This document shows, in pieces, positions 48,801 to 60,800 of a stretch of DNA of 64,000 nt. Position numbers and translations under genes: made by a program. The stretch lies in assembly GCA_964188305.1 (NCBI GenBank), contig OZ076889.1. The stretch is one strand, 5' to 3'. The number at the start of each line of letters is the position of its first letter. Within the stretch, counting starts at the first letter, position 1. The stretch comes from Podarcis bocagei. Its lineage: Eukaryota. The notes beneath the pieces are model-generated. The model made no database searches and was not told the DNA's origin. It worked only from the letters and a program-made list of their open reading frames with translations.

Positions 48801-51800
48801 ACAAATGATTTTTCCTTATCTACCAACATAAAAATAGGTTTTTAAAAAATTGCCGACGCCTCTCCCAACGTGTCAAATTTCACATGGATAATTCATCAAG
48901 GGACGCAGCGACCTCTTTCACATGGCTTACTGGGAACTCAAGGCCGAAGTATGGTACATGCCACCTCCCACCCCTCCGGAAAGGCTTTTGGTGCAGCCAA
49001 ATCTCCCACTAACCCCATTTCTCATACCCCTCTTGCGGGGCTCCCTCATGTTTTAAGCCCTGGCAGAATAAAAGCCATCAGCACGTGGCTGGCAGCGAGG
49101 GCAGGGAAAGAGGAACGGAAGACAAAACCTCTCCCTTTGAAAAGAGTCGGGTTGCTTTACAGCAGCTGCGCCCAATCAATAGCCAAACAGTGCATCGGTG
49201 GCATGCAGATTGTTGCTGTTGCGACCTTAAATAAAATCCAGCAGCAAAGGAAACCTGCTAAGCTAACCCAACCATTACCGGGCTCTCAATTCTCTTTAAA
49301 TAAAAAATAAAAAATGGGGGGGGGGGAATTAGTGCTGCTTTCTTTCACCCTTACCTGCGGGGCTAGGCATGATAGGTGTTCCAGGAGGACCTCCGCCACC
49401 AGGGGGCCCCTGTTGACAAGATTAAATACACATCAGGAACCACTGTGATAACACAGCCTGCAATAGGTCAGCCAGATCCTGCTGCTGTCAGCAACAATGT
49501 CTCACCTTGGTATTCAGCCAAGCATTAATCTCCTGCTAAAACCTTTGATGCACTCTTGTAGCCAAAGTGCAATTTCTTTGTTTAAGCCTCGGGAAAAATG
49601 AAGGTTTTACTGAGGAGCGGGGGGGGGGGCGGCACATCTGTGCAAGGACCACATACCAAGTCTATCTGCCAGGGTAGTTAACAGGGGGCAGTCTTTCTAT
49701 AACCTTCACATCTGCAGAAGGTGCAAACAGAAACGGGCAACTTAGAACGCTGCAACGTACTTCTTGGATGTGCCATTGGGACGATCTCATTCCAGAACAA
49801 TTAGAGGAGTATGCATTCAAAGTTCTCCGCCGACACGCGAATTGTAATCACCGTGCGAAACTTCAGAAATGCGTTCTCGAGACCCCTTAAACGCAGTTAC
49901 GCCACCACTGCATCATTCGCACAGCTGGGGTCACTAAGGGATTTCTTTCCCTACTTTTGAGGCATGTTCAAGACTGGGGGGGGGGGGGGCTTCAGACATG
50001 CGTTATTCACATTGTCTGGAGGAACAGAAAGGGGCTTCCTCAGAAAGCATGTAGCTCAGACTTCTTAGAATTCTTGGCCTCACCGCAGAAGCGAATACAC
50101 AAGACACAGAACCAAGTCCCTGCAGGAACTTGTATCCTGAGTCAGGATTCCTATTTGTGTGCACGCAAACACCAAAATATCGAATCGTATGGCGGACCGG
50201 CACATCACTACCCATAAAGAAATATAAACCTACCACGTATGTACCAGGCGATGAAGAAGAGTATGGAATCTGCAAGAAGATCAGAGCATAGGCATTACTT
50301 GATGAAATATACCAACTGTACAGGGAAATGAATCCTATAGGTGATGACTGTAGGCAAAGAGTCCATACAAATAAAATTATTATTATTATTATTACTATTA
50401 TTATTGAATTTATATACCCCCCTATACCTGGAGGTCTCAACAACTGTTACCTGTGTCCAGGAGACAGACGCAATACATACAACCCAGATAACATAATTTC
50501 AGTCTTTCTTTTTTAAAAAAAATGTTCAGAGAACCCAAGATAGGAACAGAGGGACACTGGAGCACATCCCACCATCCCACTGAGAAGGCATAGCGGTCAA
50601 CTTATCCCTTTTCTTGCGAGGAGTCCTATTCGGAATAAGGGAATTTCCCTTTAAAAAAGGGAAACGTTGACAGCTCTGCTGGGAAGGGGAATCAACACAT
50701 TTCAACAGAGATTCAGGAACCCTCTTAAAAGATTGCACACAAGGGAGGGCAGTGGGAACGAGCACACTAGCTCTGTCCCCTGGCCGCCATTGGATGGCAA
50801 ATGTCTGAAGCCGGGAGATTCCTGTACTTGCGGCAGTTCCCCAACCATTTTAGAAGCCTGATATTCTGGGGTTGGAAAACAAGCAAGAGTCTCTACCGGC
50901 ACACACAGGTCCCGCTAACTGAATGCTTGTTATGCAAAAATTTGCTTAGTTGTGCCCAAACTTTGCTATACAAACGGCTGATTCAGATATCTGAACAGTT
51001 GGACTTGAGAGAATGGTGTTGCTTGATCGTGAACTTTATTTTCAATAGTGAGCCTGACATTTTCCTACTGTGTATCCGAGTCCACAAGCAAAGCCTCTTC
51101 CTCAGTCGTTGAGATGGGGGCAAAGTCGCTGTCCCTGAGCGGCGAAGAACATGTCAGAGCCAAGCCCACAGAGTGCCAGCCAGGTTGGTGGCTGGGACAA
51201 TGAGGGAGACACCAAGGATGAAGAAAGAGAGGAGGACCTTGGCTTCCTCCAGGGCTGAGCGAGTGAGTTTTGTCACTGCAGTAGCTGGTGGAGGAAGAAG
51301 AAGAGTTGGTGCTGATGCCAGCCTCAGTCTCATCATAGGCTTCACTCTTGGCCTAGGCCTCAGTGCCAGAGGAGGGCGAAAAAAGGAGGAGAAAGAGGTG
51401 GCGGCTGCACCAGCGGAGGAAGCTCCTCAGCTCAGCCCCACAGGCCTTCCCTTGGCTGTCCTCGCGGGCTCATGCAGTGACATTGTTGACCAACTAACTC
51501 ACTGGTTAGATTCAGGCAAGGGGAGTGGAACTGGTTCAAAAACGGGAAGAAAAGGGGCAGGCCGGTAGCATTTATCAGAGATGGAGGAAGAACTGGGGGA
51601 GGGTGACGGGGTGGAGAGACCATGCTGGTGTAGATATACAGTAGGAAAATGTGGTGTTTCTCCTGTTGCCTTGTTTTATCAGGGAATGCAGTGGGATTTC
51701 CCAATAGAAAACAAAGGAAATGATTGGCTCGTTATGCGAATGCTCGCCTAACAAGCCATTTCTCAGCAACGCATTATGGTTGGAAAGCGGGACCCATGTG

Positions 51801-54800
51801 TACAGGAGACTCCCTCCAACTCATGAAAGGAGACTGGAATGGTGGCTGCAGTGTGGGCCTAGTTAGTTTGGATGTCCCATCTCACCCCTACAGTAGAATG
51901 CCAGAAGACGGCAAATGAGAGGAATTCAAGTACTACAGGAAATCTAAATTATGAGGGCCAAGTTTACAAGAACAAAGGCATTCAAATAAATGGACACTTA
52001 CTGAATTAGCGCTGTTGGGATTGGGCCATGGTCTACCAGCTCCTGGACCCCTGGAGTTTGAGAGAAAACAAGCCTTCAGCATGTACAGAGTGACAACGTG
52101 AAACCAAAATGATTTCCACATCTAGAATTGTAAGAACGTCAACAGAAAGCCAGCAGCATGGCAGGTGCCTTACATGTTAATCCCAGGCATGCCGGGCCCT
52201 AGAGAGTTGGGTGGAGGTCTCATTCCGCCGCCATAGTTCTGCAATGATAACCAAGGATCAGTCTACCATAACGAGAAGGGAAACCGGAGAAGAAAAGAGA
52301 AAGGAAAAAAACAAACAAAAACGAGAGGGTTAGTTTGTGAAAATGAACTTTAATTAAAAAAAAAGAAGAAAAGATGATGATAATGAACATATAGGCAAAA
52401 TTGGCTACTTTGAAAAAGTAAAACAGGACGGCGGTATCTCTCAATTTGCTCTTTGACCAGGCAAAGGATTTTTTTTTTTAAAGGGGGAGTGGGGAAGAAA
52501 ATCTTAGAAGCCACCCGAATTTCCATCTCATGGTAGGAGTGTACCAGGAATGCCCAGTGGGCTAAGGCTTCTAGCACTGGCCAATGCTGGTCATCAAGGA
52601 AGCAGTAGCTGCACCTAAAGGGTATGTAAGATGGTTATCTTGAAAGGTAATAAACACAAACAAACAAAACCAAAAAAGAGAGGCTTGTCATAGGAAGCCA
52701 AACGGGGGAGGTAGACATGAAAGAATTAAGATTCCTTGCTTAGTGTTGTGGTGGGAGAATTGCATGGAAAGAAGCAGGAGAAAATGTGGGGTGGGGTGGG
52801 CAGAAGAGAGAAAGATTCTGCTTTAAGGAAGACAAGGCAATGAGCACGTGATGGGGTGTTCAGAAAGGGGAATAGTGACAGCACAAAGGTTTGCAACAGC
52901 TTCTAAGTAAAGAGCATTCGGTTACAAAACAGCAAAGCTGGCCAGTCACAAAACTGCGCAAATCTTTACTGGTGTTCATGCACAAGAAAGAGAAGACAAT
53001 TCTTAGGCTAGAAAATGTCATTTCTCTCCCATTAAACACGGCTGGCAAACACTTTCGGTTCCCCCAACACAGACCAAAGTTAGAGCACAAATTCACTTCT
53101 GTGCACCAGAGAGATACTACAGAACTGTACTAGGTCCCACTTGTTTCGCAAAGGAGATCTAAAAGATGAAATCTGACAGAAAGGGCGCCAATCTGTCACA
53201 GCTGCGAAGCCCACGGAAAGCTAACGATTAAGGGCTGGGGATGAAAAGGCAGCTTATTGTGGAAGTCTACATGTGAGCACTTGCTGAAACACCTGAAGAA
53301 GCTGCTTCCTCCCCACCTCTCTGAAGTCATAAATCTAGATCTAAAGTCGGCGGCTATGGATTCCGATTTTCTTGGTTCCTGAAAGACAGCTGACACTTGG
53401 CTGGCTGATTGGCTCCCCTCCAAACATGGCTGCCCTGCAGGGCCTGATGTAGACTGCACAAAGCAGAGAGGTGGTTCAAAGCGGGTTCCTCTTTGAAAAG
53501 AGTTTAAAGCAAAATGGCAACTGGCTTACATACTGTTTATACCCTCTCGGAAGAGCTGCTCGCTGAAGACGAGGCAGAGCTCTGCTGTGATTTTGTTGCA
53601 AGGGTTTCTCAGGAACCCTCAACTCTTGAACGGAACACTTTGGCCTTCCATTTCTCCTGACAGAGGGCAGCCACAGCTGGCAACAGATCTGCTGATCATG
53701 AGCCGATCAGTACAGTCCATACTCCTGGCAAGCAAACAGACTGCTTGGCTGAATGCTAGGCAACCTGGATAGTCACAATCTCCATTTTTTAAAAAAAGCA
53801 AATCAAAGAGCTTCACCTGCCTCGCTAACTTCAGGTAACACAGGACAAGTGGGACAGCTCCTTCCCCACACTTTCATTAATGACATGTTTAAACTCTTAT
53901 TGGCTGGGAACAGGGACCAATGCTATTTTGGAATGAGAAGCAAGCACCAAAGGGACAAAAAATGACTCCCCCCCCCCACAACTCCGCACCCACAGCAAGG
54001 TAAACAAGAGCTAGACACAGGGAATGCTCACCTACACACATTTCATGCGTGGCTTTAGAAAGACTCCATGCACCTACACTTAACAACAGCTGCAAATTCA
54101 ACCACGGCAGATGCCTACGTAACTACAATGCCAATGGAATGAAATCACTCTTAAGTACGCCCCTTCGTGGGGATGGCAAGCACATGGCTTGTCCAAGTTG
54201 TACAGCACATCCAAAAGTTTTGAAGCAGTCTTTGTTTGGCTGACACAACTATAACAGATGCAAGCTGTTATAATAACACATCAGGGACTATTAAGAGCTT
54301 TGTACCCATCACTAACAGTGCCAGACCATTAAAATAGATAACAAAGCTATTGGAATCTAAGCTTGCCGGAATGATTATGATGCAAGCAACTTTCTTTCTT
54401 TTTTCTCTTGCTTTCCTGGAGGTGTGTGGCTTCAACTGGCGTTCTAATGGACAAGTTCATACTTTGCACCAGTATCAAGAAGTTCAGTTACCATATTTTT
54501 TCACTCTATAAGACGGACCATAAGATGCACCTAGTTTTTAGAGGAGGAAAACAAGAAGAAGAAAAAATTCTGAATCAAATGTTGTTTAAGAGGCTTTGCG
54601 CGGCTATCCCTGAAGCTAGAACAGCAAGAGGGATTGCTGCACAGCAATCCCTCTTGCTGTTCTGGCTTCAGGGATAGCCGTGCAGCCTGCATTCGCTCCA
54701 TAAGATGCACACACATTTACCCTTACTTTTTAGGAGGGAAAAAAGTGTGTCTTATAGAGCGAAAAATACGGTATTTATCTTCCTCTTTTGCACTCTCCTT

Positions 54801-57800
54801 CTGATGCTATGCTGCACAGCCTTTCCAAACCTGGGGGTCTCCAGACTACAACTTTGGCCATTCCTGATCATTGGTCATGCTGGCTGGGGCAAATGGACAA
54901 CAACTTTAAGTTCCTGGGTAGACGAAGGCTGATGTATTATGATAAACAGGATTAATTTGTGTAAATTAGATGCAGAAGATTGAAACGTGGGCTCATACTG
55001 CACCTATTCCAATTGTTTTCTTTGCAACGATGCTGTCACAGAGTTATCAAGACCCTTCGAGTAAAGTTGTTCCTAATAGCAGGCAACTATTATTCTGCCC
55101 ACTTTCTCCAAGTCTAAGCCCTCCTTCTGCACTTGCCTATGCCTCCTGCTCAGCTATTGCCAGTCCTAGCCTGAAAACAGATGGTCTGACTTAAAGCCTT
55201 CTCCTTACACTTGCTGACCCTGAGGTTAATCTGGTAATAGCAGCAGAACCTTAAGTGCTGGGCTGACTTATCACAGGTGGCTCCCTAGGAATGGTGTTTG
55301 TAAGGGTCAACACTTTTGCTGCAGCTGCAGATCCAAAGAACTTCACAGGGTATTACTGGATGAAAGCGATTTGCAAGGAAACCCAAGGAAACGTTTTATG
55401 CACGTCCCCCCTTTTAAAGTGGTAGTTCAACACTTTAAATGATTACGATTTCACAGTTGCTGAAATTGACAAACCTGATAGTATTAGTAAAAATGACAGG
55501 GGAGATGGGAGGGAAAGAAGCAAGCCGCTTTTCTGACGTGTACTAGGCCCTGTTAATACATCCCTTGGTATGCTAACATTTTCTTAGTATCAGTTTTAGT
55601 GAGGGACTCATGGTGTGCTGGGGTTCTGGTGTCGAATCTGTAGTCGGTTTTCTATGCTGTTCCTTCAAATACTGAACCATAATCATGGCTTGGAAGGCTG
55701 TCTGAACTGAGCCACTGCACAGATAGCTAATCCCAAAAGAAGTTTCAGAAAGTGCAAGGGACCTCACTAAAATGTGGCCACTGGTTATGGTTCCCCTGCA
55801 ACTGTTTTCTGAAGTGCACATGTGGCAAGCTGGTCATCTCTAGTATCAAACCATGTGATACAGGTGCCTCAGTCTATTGGAGTGGACACTACAGAAAAGC
55901 CTCACTGTGTAGCTGAGTATTACTAATGACCAGGCTTTCCATATGGTTACATGAGCAATGCTTTAAGAGACCATGAGTTAAATGAACATCTGTAACTACC
56001 CCAAGTCAAGGAAAATCTGGCCTGAATGTCCCTAAAGTTTAATATGAGAAAGCAAAGAGAGGTATCTGAGCTTGTCAGGTTTCAGGAAGAAGCATGCTAA
56101 GAGAACAAGGAGAGAGCAGGATTGCAAAGGAAGCTCCACAGGGAAGTGGCAAGCCTGTGAAAGAAGAGATGCACATTCCTCAGTACCATCCCCATCAACA
56201 CTTATTTATAACAAGTAAATGTGCATCATGCACCTCAATAACCTGATCCAACCATGGCACAAAAAGTGGACCAGCCGAGAGACTGGAGAGAGGACCTTGT
56301 ATCTCTCTCTCTTCACCATCTGACTCCATCTGTCCCCTTGGAAGCTTCTCACACTGATCTGTTGGCGCAGAGAGTCCCAACAGAACCCACAAAACAGACG
56401 TATTGCAACAGAATTAGGTATCTAGGAGCAATGGCTTTCTAGGCAGCCTATGAAGTTGTCCAGATCCTTAAGGGTCAAACCCTGAGGTACGGATTCAACT
56501 AACTGAATTGTTCCCACTAACTGAATTGTTCCTTCCGTCCTCAGAAGGTGCTTGATCCAGAAGAGGAAGTGGGGAAGGAGCTTTTTGCTGTGTTCTCTCT
56601 CTCCCCCACAACCCTTTTCCCCTGTCCCAGAGAGCCTCCAACCCTCCAGAGCCGATTTTAGGGAGATGCAAGGGGCTGCAGAAGGAAGGGCTGAGTAGGT
56701 GAATGCCACCTCCCACAACGTCCACGGGCGGGAGCATTCCCTGAGTGGAGTTCTGCTGAGGGGATGCTACCACCAGAGGTAGCATTGCTGGGATCCAAGA
56801 CTGAAGCAGAACTGTATAAAAGCAGATACGGGCCATGATTGGCCCATGGCATGCATCTGAGAAGTAACTTGTCAGCCCTCCTCTTCCCTCCATCATTCCT
56901 CCTGCAGTATGTAGTAAATGCGAAGTATGGACATCAAATACACTTTGCTGTGCAGCAAAAAAGAAAAGAAAAAACAAGCACCTTTTGGGTCGACCTGCAA
57001 AGTCGATAGGGTGTCTGCCGGTGCTATAAAGCGCAGAATAAACTGCAGCAAATTTTATTATTCAAAAAAACCACAACAATCAAGTGAAATAAATTCAGCA
57101 CTGTACCCGCAAAACCCCCACCCCACCTAAGGGTTAGCATCTCAAGTTGTAAGATTCTTTCCTGACCAGAGTCCAATTAAACCAGAGTTTGCCCATTTGG
57201 ATGAAAAGAGCAAAGATGGAAGGTGGGAGCAGGTGAGCACATGAAGTACGTGATATGAGGATGTTCACTTCTGAAGCCATAACTAGATGTTGGAAGGTGG
57301 GATTCCCCCCCCCATCCAGACACATGTAAACACACTAATGTAAAATGCATTATCGCTAATGGTGAGGAAGAAAAGGTTTGGGAGGAATGGAAGTGCTCCT
57401 AGCTCTTCAAGCTCCCAGAGGTTGCTTTTATGATGTTTTGCTCGCTAACTTCATAAAGTAGCAAAGCTATTGTTTGGCACTGGACGGGGTAGGAAATGCT
57501 CTGCCCAGGTTTTACCTGTGGACCTGGACCCATGGGCCCCATTCCTCGTGGAGGATTCATCCTTTGCATTGGCCCTCCCATGTTGGGATGCCCTAGCGAG
57601 AGAAGAGAGACAGGAAGATGTTACTTTATTACTGGAGAGTAATGCACTTGGTGAAAGGATAGGCCAAGGGGAAAGAACACCTGCAGACAAGCCGAATCAC
57701 ATTTACCTTGTTGTCGTGTGGGGTCCATTGAGTTGGGCAGCAAGGGCTGTGTACCAGGAACACCCCCTGGAGGCTATGGGGGAAATGAAACAATTTTGAG

Positions 57801-60800
57801 GAAATCAAATACTTGGGAGATGCACAGTACAATTATCAATATTGCTTTGTTACATTTGCTGCTGCAATTAGAAAAACCAGTCATGGGCTGAAGGCCCTTT
57901 TGGCTCAGCTGCTTTTATATCTATACCCAAAAGCATTAGACGTCAAGGAAATGGGTCAATTTACCGACAAGGGTGAGGGTAGAACAGCCCCCTTATGCTG
58001 TAAGCCCTGCATTTGTCTCATATTGCCATTGTGTGGTTGTCTGCAGAGGAAACCCGGTTGATTCGAGGATAGGCTTAATCTTCCCTAGAAATCCTCCTTC
58101 AAAAAGGAACAGGAAAACTTCCCCCCCATTTCAGTTATTCTTGGCCGACTTTCCCCTAAGCCAACAGTGAAAGGTAGGTATGGCAGAGGGAGCGGAATGA
58201 AAAAAGCAGCATTTTTAAAAGTACCATTTATTTGTATGAGAAAAATGTAACATATGGGACATCATTTTCACAATACACATGTAGGTGGAGAATGGCCTCC
58301 GCTTCATTCCCTGAATGGGTAAGTGATATCTCTTATTTATCCCAGCTCATCTATCATCAGTTCCTAGAGTCTCACGTGTGCATAGTTGAATGCTACAACC
58401 CCCTTGTCTACTAGCCCATTGAAAAAAGCAGTCCTTTCCTTCCAGATGTTGACGGTCTTCTAGAAATGCCTTTCACCTTTGCATTACCTTGGCCAAATGG
58501 GCTTACTGACACAATTTGTAATTTTGTCCACTCCTGGCCTTCTTCAGAAAAGAAGCCTCCTTTTCTATAGCACTTTCAAAAATCATGCTTTTCCTGCCGT
58601 AAAGCCAGAGTAAAATAGCTCCAGGTGCTTGAGTGGGCTAACTGACTGTGGTAACTCTTTTGATGCTAAATATTCTTCTAGGTTTGGTCCTTAAGTTCAT
58701 CTGTGTTTATCTGGTTTGTGGGTGTTTTGCAAACACCCCCCTCCAGTTACCTGCTAAATATAAGCATCCTTCACAAGCACCTATATATTCCACAAGCATA
58801 TTGAAAATGCATACACTGGAGACTAGCTAACTTACAAAAGCCCCTCAATGGATGGGGACCTAGGTATCTTATGGAGCACTTCTACCCACACCACCCAGCC
58901 TGGGCTCTTGGATTGTCTCAGGGGGCTCCTTCTTGTGGGGATATAGGGTAGGGCCTTATCAGTAATGGCACCATCACTTAGAAGCCATGCCATTCAGGGC
59001 CTTCTTTGACATAAACAACTGCCCTCCCAGGTTTTTGGAGGGCTTGGTTGAATCTGCTCTGGAGTTTTAGTACACTATAGCCTCCATTACTGCAGGTTTT
59101 AGTGTGTGAACTGCTTTGTTTTATCACTAGGTTTATATTTATTTTTACTGTAAACTGCTTTGGGACCACTTTGGAAGTGAAAAGTTATATTTAAATCTTT
59201 ATAAATAAACATATATAGCTACAACGGTGATGGAGTTTATCTGCACTGGCACGGTAAGTTTTGATCAGGGTAGAATCTGCATGCATTTTTTAAATGTTGT
59301 GAAAATGTTGCTTTAAAAAAAAATCCTTTTGAAAAATACATTGAATTTGCTATAGCTCACAGTTGCCATCTAGTGTCTAGTGTACTGCACTTCCCAACAC
59401 ATTTGCAGCTGCATAGCTGAGTCTACGGGTTACAAACTCACGGGGTATCACTTTTTTTGGGGGGGGGTGAAATAAGACCCAAGTGAACTTCCATCTTTGC
59501 TACTACCTTTTGGTTTGGGGTACCTTTACTCCAGTCTCAGCTACATTAACGCCTAGGTACCTGACACCCCCCCCCCCATTCGACAACAATGACTTCCTCA
59601 CTGGAGAAAAACAAAAGCTTTAAAATAAGCCAGGAAGTTTCTTAAATATACTATTTCTCTCTTGCCTAATTGGCTAGATCTGCTTTCCTAAACATCAGTC
59701 ATTGCTATGCCTTCATTCATTGGCTAAAAATACAGGAACAGGCTCATATATTTTTTTAACAAAACAAATGAGCAGAGTAGCACCTGCATATTTTGCCTCA
59801 TATTTCAGGTTCAACAAGGGCTGAAGACTTGCTTCCCCTCCACTTCTTTTTGTAATGAAAACTTGGAATCCAGGGAAGATGGCTTATCAGGTGGGTGGGT
59901 GGGTGGGGTTTGATACTCTCCTTATCCTCCCTGCAGATGCCCACATGTGCATATCCCATTCCTCATGAATCTATCATATATCTTCATTTTTTAAAAAGCT
60001 GTCATCCATATGCAGCCTGAGTCTCAGTGAAGGTCCTTGAATGAAATGCTACTGGTGCCAGTGCAATTTTAAGGTATACATTTGGGAAATGCACTGCGTT
60101 AAAGAAAGTTATCTGTTTGCCAACACAGATGACATTTCATCAACAAGGGTGATAGCGTTTCCCCTTCCTTCCTTACTTAACAGAAGTGAACAGATTATGA
60201 AGATGCCATTTGTATTTAAAATACGTCAACACGTTTTGTAGAAATGGTAAGATTCCTTTTTTCTTGGGCAACAAATCCTTTCAACTTCATAATGTGCCTT
60301 CCATATTTTGATAAAGCTGGAGAGAAAAGACAGATATCGTCTCTCTCTCTAGCTATAAGCAAGTTTGCGATTTGGACATTTTCTTTAAAAAATAGTCCAG
60401 ATCCCTCTTAACCTCACTACTTAAAAGGAGTTGTTGGCTGTAACTTAGACAGAGAACTGGTATTCCAAAATGGATATATTGATATAAAACTTAGAAATAT
60501 GTGATGCATAAAACGTGCCGTGAAACTCCTAAGGTGCCGTGAAACTCCTGCATAGCTTTATGGATCCCTTAAGGAGCTATGCACAGTTCAAACAAAATGG
60601 ACAGAGGACCTCTGCAACTGAGGATAGGTGAGATCCAACACAGCCAAGAACATGATAACTCTCTGCTCCAGTTTTGGCAAGTCCACTTACAAAGCCATAA
60701 GTGAGTGTGATGGCACTGGATGTACATTTTTCAAAAAAAACAACAACACGTAAACCACAATTATATATATATATATATATATATATATTTTAATCCTGCA

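Noticed and set aside
51173-51568. 131-aa plus-strand ORF antisense to SSBP3
   Set aside because: GTG start, low complexity, no splice or poly(A) support on that strand; the signals lie on the minus strand.
51886-51932. 47-nt micro-exon that would convert phase 0 to phase 2 ahead of the 90-nt cassette
   Set aside because: Contains an in-frame TAG and needs an intron of only 69 nt; not supportable without reads.
56495-56977. 160-aa minus-strand ORF in SSBP3 intron 9
   Set aside because: No homology recognised, non-ATG start, includes a tandem duplication, no convincing splice signals.
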